Below, piece after piece: positions 1 through 9,060 of a DNA stretch of 31,341 bases. A program made the position numbers and the translations under genes. Within the stretch, counting starts at the first letter, position 1, and each line of letters opens with the position of its first letter. Origin of the DNA: Hormoscilla sp. (GTDB lineage Bacteria > Cyanobacteriota > Cyanobacteriia > Cyanobacteriales > Desertifilaceae); the NCBI GenBank assembly GCA_051439505.1, contig JBFRWI010000230.1:1-31341 (forward strand), read 5' to 3'. Below the pieces are notes generated by a model. That model was not told the DNA's origin and did no database searches. It saw only the letters and a program-made list of their open reading frames with translations.

Positions 1-251
1 GTATTTTCTGGACGCAGAGTAATCGATCGCCCTTTTCTATCGGGGAAGCTATACATTTCCTTCCCGACCACATCCGTCGCTTCTCCGATACCCCGTGCGA
101 ATAGTTCCGTCTGCTCGAAAATCGGCGTGCGGATTTCCCGATAGGCCGATCGATCGAGAATTTCTCGTGCCCTTGCTTCTACCAGCTGCCAATAGCCTAC
201 CTCATCCGGTAGAATATCCCTGGTTCCCCGTAACGCTTGTATTTCTCCCAT
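1..251 (-). CDS. hisS: Histidyl-tRNA synthetase, 5' part (runs off the window start)
   Basis: Not in the ORF track. Manual translation from ATG at 251 gives [83 protein letters not shown], the canonical HisRS N-terminus (RGTRD, TPIFE, KEMY, LRPE). The start overlaps the upstream stop (TAATG). Confidence 0.95.
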   Translation of the reverse strand, partial: MGEIQALRGTRDILPDEVGYWQLVEARAREILDRSAYREIRTPIFEQTELFARGIGEATDVVGKEMYSFPDRKGRSITLRPEN

Positions 252-520
252 TATTCCGCTGGCCTTACTTCCCAGGCACCATAGCGCTCGCTATAGTATG
301 CCAGAATTTGCTCCACTTCTACCTTACTCTTCCGGTCAGCTTGGGGAGCATATTCAATCGACAAGCCCCCCACTTGAGATTCGCTATAATCAAATTTTCT
401 CGACTGCTGCCCGATTTCGCCGGCATACACCCCCTTTACTTGCCGCAAGTAAGCGGCTACTTCCCGGTATACTGCCAATGGCATCGAAGGGCAGCCCATC
501 TCTATTCTCTGTTTGCTCAC
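251..520 (-). CDS. Conserved small cyanobacterial hypothetical protein
   Basis: 89-aa ORF with [18 protein letters not shown]...[11 protein letters not shown] motifs; translationally coupled to hisS and co-oriented with pedR. Confidence 0.8.
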   Translation of the reverse strand: MSKQRIEMGCPSMPLAVYREVAAYLRQVKGVYAGEIGQQSRKFDYSESQVGGLSIEYAPQADRKSKVEVEQILAYYSERYGAWEVRPAE

Positions 521-558
521 CTGACTTATGTTACCACCTCCTCACCAGTTGATTGAGA

Positions 559-695
559 GTGTGGTCAAAACCCGTCGATCTCCCATCGGTCGCCGGATCC
601 CCCCAAACCCCCCTTAAAAAGGGGGGCAAATTAGCCCCCCCTTTTTAAGGGGGGGTTTGGGGGGGATCCGCTGTGCAACTACTTTTGACCACACC
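559..695. mobile_element. MITE-like palindromic element (family A), copy 1
   Basis: Ends GTGTGGTCAAAA...TTTTGACCACAC(C) around a GGATCCCCCCAAACCCCCCTTAAAAAGGGGGGC...CCCCCCTTTTTAAGGGGGGGTTTGGGGGGGATCC palindrome; same as 21647-21809 and about 29777-29879. Confidence 0.8.
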
Positions 696-953
696 AGTCG
701 CTCTCGGTTGTATGCTACAGCAATTTACCTCATCAATGCATACTTTACCCCATTTCATTGCCCATCGCACCAGCTCCACCCGGTTTCCCGTCGCTGTCTT
801 CGTCAAAATATTGCTGACATGATTATCTACAGTGCGTTTGCTAATTTCCAATCTTTCGGCAACGTCCTGATTGGTCAAGCCCGCTGCCACCAGTTCGAGC
901 ACTTGCAGTTCTCTTTGTGAGAGAGACACTGGTTTTTTCCTGCCACCAGCCAT
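645..953 (-). CDS. pedR: Small LuxR-type redox-responsive transcription regulator PedR
   Basis: LuxR HTH (LSQRELQVLELVAAGLTNQDVAERLEISKRTVDNHVSNILTK) followed by WGKVCIDEVNCC with three Cys, typical of cyanobacterial PedR; probable start at MAGG (953). Confidence 0.85.
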   Translation of the reverse strand: MAGGRKKPVSLSQRELQVLELVAAGLTNQDVAERLEISKRTVDNHVSNILTKTATGNRVELVRWAMKWGKVCIDEVNCCSIQPRATGVVKSSCTADPPQTPP

Positions 954-1184
954 ATTACTTCTCATCCGGTGTATATCTACCTATCTGACATTCTATAGGC
1001 AATTATATTTAATTGGATCTGTTTTTGGCAGTTGTTGTCCAATTTGGCCAATTACACGAGCGGACTTTGGCCGGGGCGGGCCAGATTGCAATTGGGTTCA
1101 GATCCTGTCAATGGGGATCGCCACATCAATCGGGTCCGGGTGCAAGAGATAATGTAGATACATAATATCAGGCTAGGCTATGCT

Positions 1185-4100
1185 ATGCAAGTTGAAAACC
1201 CACCCATTCAGATCGCTCCGACGTCGCGCACTGCGTATTCGATCTCATTACAAGCTGCCATTGACCCTCATCCCCTGACGGTGGCCCCATCCACTCCGGT
1301 AGTAGAGGCGATCGCCCTGATGAGTCAGTCAGCTAGCAGCTGCCGATTACCTCATTTAGTTCATCCTGGGCTGCACGAACCGCGACCTAGTTGCGTGTTG
1401 GTGCTGTCGGGGACCGACCTCGTAGGGTTGTTAACCGAACGGGATATTGTCAGATTTGCTGCTAGCGGGATGAACTTACAAGGGATCGCTGTGGCCGATG
1501 TGATGACGCCCAACTTGATTACCCTGAGAGAATCTGATTTTACCGATATTTTCACCGTACTGAATCTGTTTCGTCAGCATCGGATTCGCCACTTACCCAT
1601 ACTAGACGATCGCTCCCGTGTCCTGGGGATTGTTACACCCAATCGCATTCGCCAACTGCTACAACCAGTTTACCTGCTGGAGTGGCGACGGGTAGAGGAG
1701 GTGATGACAATAGATGTCATCCGGGCTACAGGAGACGCCTCGTTACAAAAGTTAGCAAAACTGATGGATAAGTATCGGGTCAGTTGTGTAGTTATCGTGG
1801 AAGAAAATACTGACAATATAATTATTCCCGTCGGCATCATTACACAGAGAGATATTGTCCAATTTCAGGCTCTGGAGCTGGATTTTCTCAAGGTCAGGGC
1901 GCTTGAGGTGATGAGTTCGCCGCTATTTTGTTTAAACCCTGCCGATTCTTTATGGACAGCCCACCAACAGATGCTGAGCAGGCGGGTGCGGCGCTTGGTG
2001 GTGTGTGACTCCCGAGGAGCGATCGCAGGAATTGTCACTCAGACTAGCTTGCTGCTCGCCCTGGATCCTACTCAAATGTATAGCACGATCGAGGTATTGC
2101 AGCAAGAAGTTCGCCAACTCCAGGCGGAAAAAGTTGAACTCTTGGAAAACCGGAATCTGGAACTGGAAAAACAATTGCAGGGGGGCAGGGCCTTGCTGGA
2201 AACCCAGGCTGAGTTCGATCGCCTCTTACATACGATAGCTCAGAAGATTCGTCAATCTCTGAATAAGGAGTCAACTCTCAACACCACGGCAGTAGAGGTG
2301 CGGCAGTTGTTGGGGACCTCACGGGTATTGATTTATCGTTTCGATCCCAACTGGAGTGGAACTGTAGTGGTGGAGTCAGTAGATGAGCGATTTTCTTCCA
2401 TGCTAGGGCAAGAAGTCCACGACCCCTGTTTTGCTAAAATCTGGGTCGAACCCTACAAAAACGGTCGCATCCAAGCCACGCCGGATATCTACAGCGCAGG
2501 ACTGACTAAGTGTCACGTTGACTTCCTAGCTCAGTTTCAGGTAAAAGCCAACTTAGTAGTCCCCATCTTACAAGGAGAAAACCTCTGGGGATTGCTAGTT
2601 GCCCAGCAATGCGATGCCCCACGACAGTGGCAGCCTGTAGAAATTGAGTTTCTACAGAAATTGGCAACCCAAGCGGCCATTGCCATCAAGCAGGCGGAAC
2701 TTTACCAGCAAGCCCAAACAGAAATTATTCAGCGCCAGCGCATAGAGGAGTCCTTGCAGCGAGAGCGCGACTTTGCAGCTGCTGTCCTGGATACGGTTGG
2801 CTCTTTAGTGGTGGCGATCGATCGACAGGGACGAATTGTCCGTTTTAATAAAGCCTGTCAGGAAATCACCCTCTATGAGTTCGAGGAGGTCAAGGATAAA
2901 TACTTTTGGGATTTGTTCTTAATTCCCGAGGATATGGAGCCAGTTAAAGCAGTCTTCCAACAACTGCTTGCAGGTCATTTTCCCCAACAGCAAGAAAACT
3001 ATTGCTTAACCAAAGAGGGATCGCGCCGACTGATTGCTTGGTCTTACACCGCCTTGCTCGATCGCGCTGGTGCCGTTGAATATGCGATCGCCACTGGCAC
3101 GGATATTACCGATCGCTTCCAGGCGGAGTTGGAGCTGTTAAAACTGAATCAGGAACTGGAAGACAGGGTGCAGCAGCGCACAACTGACTTAATGAATCTC
3201 AATCAGGAATTATTGCACGAGATTGCCATTCGCCAGCAAGCGGAAGCCGCCCTGCGCGCCAGCGAGGAACGATTCCGCGCTATCTTCGAGCAGGCTGCCG
3301 TTGGCATGGTCGAAGCTGCTTTAGATGGTAGGTTTGGACGGGTTAATCAAAAGTTCTGTGACATTGTTGGTTATTCGGCAGCCGAACTGCTGAGGAAAAC
3401 TTTTTTAGAAATTACCTACCCTGATGACATCGGGCCCGATAAGCAGTATGTCGAGCAGTTGTTGGCCGGGAAAATGAAAACTTTCTCGATGGAAAAGCGT
3501 TATATTCGCCCAGATGGGAAGATCGTCTGGGTGAATCTCACGGGCTCCCTGGTGCGCAAACCTTCTGGAGAGCCTGACTACTTCATTGCTGTGGTTGAAG
3601 ATATTAACTATCGCAAAGATGCCGAGTCAAAGTTGCGGCATAAATCTGACGCCTTAGCCAATTTTAGTACCAATCTGAAAAAACTGCATCGGCTCAATAC
3701 AACTACTTATCAAGATTTGGCCGATTTATTTGCTGATTATCTGCAAACAGGATGTGAAATATTCGGACTGCCTACGGGCATAATTACTGAAATGGATGGG
3801 CGATCGTACCTGCTACGTCACGTTGAATCTGATTGGCAATTCCTAGAAACAGAAGGCAAGGGATCGTTAACAGATCGGGAGCTATGTAGATCTGCGCACC
3901 GCAAGGAAAATACATTTTCCTTTTATCTGAGCGCGCCCATATCTGTCAATAGCAAGAAATACGGAAAATTAATTTTTTACTCGATGGAAGTCGCGAGCAG
4001 AGAAATTGAGTCCTACGAACGGGAAATTCTGGACTTGATGGCCCAAAGTATTGGCAGGTTCATAGCTGCTCGTCAAATGGAAATAGAGCGGGAGCAAGCA

Positions 4101-5588
4101 ACGGCGGCCCTGCGGGAGAGTCAGCGCTTGATTCAACGCATTGCCGAGTCAACTCCGAATATTTTATATTTGTACGATCCGATTGAGGAGGCTAATGTCT
4201 ATGTCAATGGGGGCATCACCGAGATCCTGGGCTATACTCCAGAAGAAGTGCAAAAAATGGGTAGCCAGCTGCTGCATAATCTGATGCACCCCGATGATTT
4301 GGCTAAACTCCCCGAACATATGCAAAGGTTTGCAACCGTCTCAGATGACGAGATTCTAGAAATAGAGTACCGGATGAGAGATGCTTCCGGTGAATGGCGC
4401 TGGTTACACAGTCGGGAGACAATATTTACCAAAACTGGAGAAAATCAGCCTCAGCAGATCCTGGGCACGGCTACGGATATTACCGATCGCAAGCGAGCAG
4501 CGGAGCAGTTGCAGCAGGCAAATGAGCAACTGACTAGCAAGGTGCAGGAACTGGAACAACATAACCAAGAGATGGCTTTGCTTGGGGATCTCAATGAGTT
4601 TATGCAAGCCTGCATGACGGTCGAAGAAGCTTACGAGGCGATCGCCACTCTGATTGTACCCCTATTCCCGGGCTGTGGGGGAGGGCTGTTTATGATTAAT
4701 TCTTCAAACAACTTGGTGGAGGCGGTTGCTGAGTGGGGAACTCTTGAGAACAGTTCTACTATGTTTCTGCCTAATGAATGTTGGGGACTGCGGCGCGGTC
4801 GGGTGCATTTTGTCGAACAGCAGCGTCCGGGTTTGTTCTGCAAGCATGTCCGGAATACTGCCAAAGGGCATGCTGAGGCGACGAGGGCAAACTCTATGCC
4901 GACGGAGTCTCTCTGCGTGCCGATGATGGCCCAGGGAGAAACTTTGGGACTGCTTTATTTGAGCGCTCAAGATCCGCAGGTATTGACGGCAGCTAAACGG
5001 CAATTGGCCCAGACGGTTTCCGAACATATTGGTCTGGCCTTGGCGAATTTACAATTGCGGGAAACTCTTCAGCAACAGAGTATTCGCGACCCCCTCACTG
5101 GTCTATTTAATCGACGTTATATGGAAGAGTCCCTGGAACGGGAGTTGCGACGGTGCGATCGCAACAAGCAACCCCTGAGTATCATTATGTTGGACGTTGA
5201 CCATTTCAAGCATTTCAACGATACTTTTGGTCACGAGGCCGGGGATGCGGTTCTGCGAGAGTTGGGCCTGTTTTTGCAACAAAATATCCGTGACTCCGAT
5301 ATTGCCTGTCGCTACGGGGGTGAGGAGTTGATGTTGATTCTGCCAGAAGCATCATTACATGATACCGAGCAACGAGCTGAGCAGCTCCGGGAAGGAATTA
5401 AGCGGCTGCGCGTACAACATCGCCGTCAGCAACTGGGCGTTGTGACGGTATCTTTGGGAGTGGCTTGTTTTCCCAAACATGGCCCCACAGGAAAGGCGGC
5501 GATCCGAGCTGCTGATGCAGCGCTTTATCAGGCTAAAAAAGCAGGGCGCGATCGGGTGGTCACGGCAAGTGATACTTTGACCCTATAG
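1185..5588 (+). CDS. Diguanylate cyclase: 4xCBS, DXCF cyanobacteriochrome GAF, PAS, PAS, shortened GAF, PAS, GAF, GGDEF
   Basis: CBS motifs (LVGLLTERDIV, VGIITQRDIV); GAF with DPCF and CH; PAS/PAC ends (DITDR, EDINYRK); C-terminal DPLTGLFNRR...DVDHFKHFNDTFGH...RDSD...RYGGEEL. Confidence 0.93.
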   Translation: MQVENPPIQIAPTSRTAYSISLQAAIDPHPLTVAPSTPVVEAIALMSQSASSCRLPHLVHPGLHEPRPSCVLVLSGTDLVGLLTERDIVRFAASGMNLQGIAVADVMTPNLITLRESDFTDIFTVLNLFRQHRIRHLPILDDRSRVLGIVTPNRIRQLLQPVYLLEWRRVEEVMTIDVIRATGDASLQKLAKLMDKYRVSCVVIVEENTDNIIIPVGIITQRDIVQFQALELDFLKVRALEVMSSPLFCLNPADSLWTAHQQMLSRRVRRLVVCDSRGAIAGIVTQTSLLLALDPTQMYSTIEVLQQEVRQLQAEKVELLENRNLELEKQLQGGRALLETQAEFDRLLHTIAQKIRQSLNKESTLNTTAVEVRQLLGTSRVLIYRFDPNWSGTVVVESVDERFSSMLGQEVHDPCFAKIWVEPYKNGRIQATPDIYSAGLTKCHVDFLAQFQVKANLVVPILQGENLWGLLVAQQCDAPRQWQPVEIEFLQKLATQAAIAIKQAELYQQAQTEIIQRQRIEESLQRERDFAAAVLDTVGSLVVAIDRQGRIVRFNKACQEITLYEFEEVKDKYFWDLFLIPEDMEPVKAVFQQLLAGHFPQQQENYCLTKEGSRRLIAWSYTALLDRAGAVEYAIATGTDITDRFQAELELLKLNQELEDRVQQRTTDLMNLNQELLHEIAIRQQAEAALRASEERFRAIFEQAAVGMVEAALDGRFGRVNQKFCDIVGYSAAELLRKTFLEITYPDDIGPDKQYVEQLLAGKMKTFSMEKRYIRPDGKIVWVNLTGSLVRKPSGEPDYFIAVVEDINYRKDAESKLRHKSDALANFSTNLKKLHRLNTTTYQDLADLFADYLQTGCEIFGLPTGIITEMDGRSYLLRHVESDWQFLETEGKGSLTDRELCRSAHRKENTFSFYLSAPISVNSKKYGKLIFYSMEVASREIESYEREILDLMAQSIGRFIAARQMEIEREQATAALRESQRLIQRIAESTPNILYLYDPIEEANVYVNGGITEILGYTPEEVQKMGSQLLHNLMHPDDLAKLPEHMQRFATVSDDEILEIEYRMRDASGEWRWLHSRETIFTKTGENQPQQILGTATDITDRKRAAEQLQQANEQLTSKVQELEQHNQEMALLGDLNEFMQACMTVEEAYEAIATLIVPLFPGCGGGLFMINSSNNLVEAVAEWGTLENSSTMFLPNECWGLRRGRVHFVEQQRPGLFCKHVRNTAKGHAEATRANSMPTESLCVPMMAQGETLGLLYLSAQDPQVLTAAKRQLAQTVSEHIGLALANLQLRETLQQQSIRDPLTGLFNRRYMEESLERELRRCDRNKQPLSIIMLDVDHFKHFNDTFGHEAGDAVLRELGLFLQQNIRDSDIACRYGGEELMLILPEASLHDTEQRAEQLREGIKRLRVQHRRQQLGVVTVSLGVACFPKHGPTGKAAIRAADAALYQAKKAGRDRVVTASDTLTL

Positions 5589-5625
5589 CTGCTAAGAAGT
5601 AATTATAATCGAGCGAAATAGTGTT

Positions 5626-6627
5626 ATGACAAATCCCCGTGTTTTGTGTTTGGGTGAAATGTTATTCGATCTGTTAGCAGATCGACTCGGACTGCCCCGA
5701 GAACAGCTGCAGTCTTGGACTGCTTATCCGGGAGGGGCACCAGCTAATGTGGCCTGTGCCTTGGTGAAGTTGGGGACATCAGCTGGGTTTATTGGTTCTG
5801 TAGGCGCGGACGAACCGGGAAATTCTCTGGTGCAGTTGTTGCAGGATGTGGGAGTGGATGTTACGGGAGTGCAGCGCCATCCGACAGCACCCACCCGCCA
5901 GGTTTATGTGCTGCGTGATGCTAAGGGCGATCGCACTTTTGCCGGGTTTGGGGACATTCCGACTACAGATTTTGCCGATGCTTATTTACAAGCGGATAAG
6001 ATTCCTGTATCTTTATTTGCTGATGCTGATTTTCTGGTATTAGGGACTCTGGAACTTGCCTATCGGGAAACGCGGGTAGCCATTGAGAAAGCAATTGGGC
6101 TAGCAGAACAGTACGATGTTAAGATTATGTTAGATGTAAATTGGCGTCCCGTGTTTTGGTCTCACCCTGAAGATGCCCAACGGCGGATCCAAGCATTGTT
6201 AAAGAAAGTTGATTTCCTGAAAGTCTCTGATGAAGAAGCGGACTTCCTGTTTGGCACCCAGGATGCGGGGGCGATTAAATATCAGCTTGATGCGGTTGAG
6301 GGCGTTGTGGTGACGGCGGGCGATCGGGAGGTGTCCTACTGTCTGGGAGGAAATGAAGGGAAGCTATCTGCTTTCTCGGTGGATGTTCGAGATACGACGG
6401 GGGCGGGAGATGGCTTTATGGCTGGTTTTATTCATCAGCTTTGTCTCCGGGGCATTCAATGCTTGAAGGACTCCCAGACTGCTGCCGATATAATTACCTA
6501 TGCCTGTGCTGTGGGGGCCTTGACTGCCATGAAACCTGGGGCGATCGCATCTCAGCCCACCGCTGCGGAAGTAGAAGCTTTTCTGGCTAATTATGTTAGT
6601 CTGAGATCTGGCACCATTCTAAATTAG
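5626..6627 (+). CDS. PfkB-family carbohydrate kinase (fructokinase-like)
   Basis: PGGAPANVA, DVNWRP and DTTGAGDGF PfkB signatures. Confidence 0.92.
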   Translation: MTNPRVLCLGEMLFDLLADRLGLPREQLQSWTAYPGGAPANVACALVKLGTSAGFIGSVGADEPGNSLVQLLQDVGVDVTGVQRHPTAPTRQVYVLRDAKGDRTFAGFGDIPTTDFADAYLQADKIPVSLFADADFLVLGTLELAYRETRVAIEKAIGLAEQYDVKIMLDVNWRPVFWSHPEDAQRRIQALLKKVDFLKVSDEEADFLFGTQDAGAIKYQLDAVEGVVVTAGDREVSYCLGGNEGKLSAFSVDVRDTTGAGDGFMAGFIHQLCLRGIQCLKDSQTAADIITYACAVGALTAMKPGAIASQPTAAEVEAFLANYVSLRSGTILN

Positions 6628-6739
6628 TCTCCTGGCCCGCCGGGGGTTAAAACCCCCGGCTAACAGCTAAAGCCCGCCGGGGGTTAAAACCCCCGGCTAA
6701 CAGCTAAAGTGGGTTAAAACCCACTGTCCGCATTGTCGA
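6601..6739. repeat. Double-hairpin dispersed repeat (family B) with internal 37-bp tandem duplication
   Basis: CCCGCCGGGGGTTAAAACCCCCGGCTAACAGCTAAAG at 6636-6672 and 6673-6709, then GTGGGTTAAAACCCAC; inverted homolog at 28481-28589. Confidence 0.8.
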
Positions 6740-6770
6740 TAATTTGATAAAATTATTAAATTAGAAGGGA

Positions 6771-6837
6771 GAAACAGGGTTTCTACGCTCTGCGATCGCG
6801 TTCGATATTCTAGCTGCGACCAGAAACCCGGTTTCTT
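6771..6837. repeat. Pair of AGAAACCGGGTTTCT-type short palindromes around a HIP1 site
   Basis: GAAACAGGGTTTCT and AGAAACCCGGTTTCT; related AGAAACCAGGTTTT near 19967. Confidence 0.55.
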
Positions 6838-6942
6838 GACTGACTAGAGTTGGGCGATCGGCTCTAACATCTGCTATACTAATCTTAACTTTGCTAGTTT
6901 TGGTCTGATAATGACCGGTTCACTGTTACCAGAGGTGAGACA

Positions 6943-7599
6943 ATGCAACTGGAACTGAATCAATTGATTATACCACCAGGTCAGGAATTGTTGCTGAAAA
7001 ATATCACCTGGCCGATGTTTGAGAATATTTTAGATGAGTTGGGCGAAACTCGTGCAGCTCGCTTGTCCTATAGTAAAGGAATGTTGTCGATCGTGACCCC
7101 CCTGCCAGAACATGAAGATGATAAAGGAATTATCGGAGACTTTGTCAAGGCCCTTCTGGAAGAACTGGATATTGAATTTCGGGATCTGGGTTCTACCACC
7201 TTCAAAAAGGAAAACATGGCCCAGGCGGTAGAAGCGGACGTATGTTTCTATATCGAGAACGAAGCCCAGATCAGAGGGAAGAAGCGGATAGACTTAAATG
7301 TAGATCCTCCTCCCGACTTGGCAATTGAAATTGACATCACCTCCCGCACTAGGTTTGATAATTACGAAGGGTTAAGAGTGCCGGAAATATGGCGATATAA
7401 CGGACGCAAGCTGGAGATAAATGTGCTGCAAGGATCTGAGTATATTGAGTCGGAAGTTAGCCCCCATTTTCCCGGTCTCCCGATAGTTGAGGTGATGCAT
7501 CAGTATCTGGAACAAAGTAAAGTAGTGGGCAGGAATGCTACAATGAAAGCATTCCGCAATTGGCTGAGAGAACAACTAAACAGGAAAGATGGCAACTGA
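6943..7599 (+). CDS. Uma2 (DUF820) family endonuclease-fold protein
   Basis: LGSTTFK, EADVCFYI, PPPDLAIEIDITS and VPEIWRY motifs; GAGG upstream. Confidence 0.92.
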   Translation: MQLELNQLIIPPGQELLLKNITWPMFENILDELGETRAARLSYSKGMLSIVTPLPEHEDDKGIIGDFVKALLEELDIEFRDLGSTTFKKENMAQAVEADVCFYIENEAQIRGKKRIDLNVDPPPDLAIEIDITSRTRFDNYEGLRVPEIWRYNGRKLEINVLQGSEYIESEVSPHFPGLPIVEVMHQYLEQSKVVGRNATMKAFRNWLREQLNRKDGN

Positions 7600-8062
7600 G
7601 ATAGAACGGAAATTTTTAGTCAAGGGGGATGAGTGGCGATCGCTCGCTAAGGGTGTCGTCTATCGCCAAGGTTACATTGCTACCCAAAATGGCTGCACTG
7701 TCAGGGTGCGTCTGGTAGGAGATCGGGGTTACTTGACCCTGAAAAGTCCAACGGTGGGAATTTCCAGGACAGAGTACGAGTATAATATTCCAGCAGAAGA
7801 TGCGAGGGAAATGCTGGAGAACCTGTGCGATCGGCCCCAAATAGAAAAAACCAGATACAAGATTCCCAGAGATGGTGTAATCTGGGAAGTAGACGAGTTT
7901 GCCGGGGAAAATCAAGGATTAATTATGGCAGAAGTGGAACTGACTGAGGAAAATCAGATCGTCGAACTGCCTGACTGGATAGGGAAAGAAGTTTCGGGCG
8001 ATCGGCGATACTTTAACTCTTATTTAGCCCAGCATCCCTTCAGCAAGTGGTCGGAAGAGTGA
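7589..8062 (+). CDS. CYTH domain protein (triphosphate tunnel metalloenzyme)
   Basis: EIERKFLV, RVR, EYEY, KTRY, WEVDEF and AEVEL motifs; overlaps the Uma2 stop. Confidence 0.93.
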   Translation: MATEIERKFLVKGDEWRSLAKGVVYRQGYIATQNGCTVRVRLVGDRGYLTLKSPTVGISRTEYEYNIPAEDAREMLENLCDRPQIEKTRYKIPRDGVIWEVDEFAGENQGLIMAEVELTEENQIVELPDWIGKEVSGDRRYFNSYLAQHPFSKWSEE

Positions 8063-8163
8063 AAACCGATAGACAATCTCCAGTATGACAGGCGGTCTTT
8101 TGAAAAAGATGGCGGATTGAGTCAAAATCAAAGAGCAAAGAAAATAATTCATAGATCGATCTC

Positions 8164-8922
8164 ATGCTGGACTTATATCTAATCGCATCAGTGGGATTTC
8201 TGGGGAGTTTCGGTCACTGTGCGGGCATGTGCGGCCCCCTGACAGTGGCCTTTTCCCTATCCCAGCAGAAGCAAGCATCTGCCAACAAGTGGCAACCTTT
8301 CTATTTTCACGCCATGCTCAATCTGGGACGGATTCTCAGCTATGCTATGGTGGGTGCCGCGATCGGGGCTGTGGGTTCGGTTCTGATTGCAGGTGGTGCT
8401 TTGGCAGGGGTTGATAGTACCATGCGTCAGGGTTTCGCTATGGTTACGGGTTTGATGTTAATTTGGTTTGGCCTAGTTCAGATAAAGCCCGGTTTTCTTC
8501 CTCGTCTGCCCCTATTACATCCTCTCCTACAAGGGAATTGGCACGATCGCCTGAATGCTGCCATGATGAAACTATCAGCTAATTCCCACTGGTGGACCCC
8601 GATCGCCCTGGGGATGGTGTGGGGTTTAATACCCTGCGGGTTCCTGTATGCGGCCCAGATTAAAGCTGCCGAAACCGGTAGCATGGTGATGGGCGCGGGG
8701 ACGATGCTGGCCTTTGGGTTGGGGACTTTCCCAATGATGCTGACAGTAGGACTGTCCGCTTCTAAGTTGAGTGCTTGGAGGCGATCGCAACTCTATCGTA
8801 TCGGCGGTTGGGTAACTCTGCTCATCGGTTGTCTCACCCTGCTGCGGACGGGTGCTATGCACATGCATCATCACATGCATCACTCCTTAATTAGTTTAAT
8901 TTTCAGCCCGATCGGTACTTGA
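8164..8922 (+). CDS. DsbD_2/TauE-SafE-like membrane protein with His-rich tail
   Basis: GHCAGMCGP and LIPCG motifs, about 6 hydrophobic segments, C-terminal MHMHHHMHH. Confidence 0.85.
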   Translation: MLDLYLIASVGFLGSFGHCAGMCGPLTVAFSLSQQKQASANKWQPFYFHAMLNLGRILSYAMVGAAIGAVGSVLIAGGALAGVDSTMRQGFAMVTGLMLIWFGLVQIKPGFLPRLPLLHPLLQGNWHDRLNAAMMKLSANSHWWTPIALGMVWGLIPCGFLYAAQIKAAETGSMVMGAGTMLAFGLGTFPMMLTVGLSASKLSAWRRSQLYRIGGWVTLLIGCLTLLRTGAMHMHHHMHHSLISLIFSPIGT

Positions 8923-8978
8923 AGCGCAAATGTCGGTTGGGTCACACTGGCGATCGACCCAACCTCATGCCATCCCAT

Positions 8979-9001
8979 GTAGATTTGCGATCTACTATAA
9001 T
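8979..9001 (+). promoter_or_regulatory. Putative operator palindrome abutting a -10 box upstream of cydA
   Basis: GTAGAT-N5-ATCTAC (8979-8995) directly followed by TATAAT (8996-9001). Confidence 0.35.
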
Positions 9002-9060
9002 AGAGAAGTTAATGTCTGCCAAATTAGCCGTTCCCTTACAGATTGACAAACGCAATCATC

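Noticed and set aside
95..556. 153-aa plus-strand ORF and other antisense or nested ORFs
   Set aside because: They are shadows of well-supported genes (here hisS and its upstream gene).
6943..7599. Uma2 gene as part of a restriction system
   Set aside because: Uma2 paralogues are very common in cyanobacteria, and no methyltransferase is adjacent.
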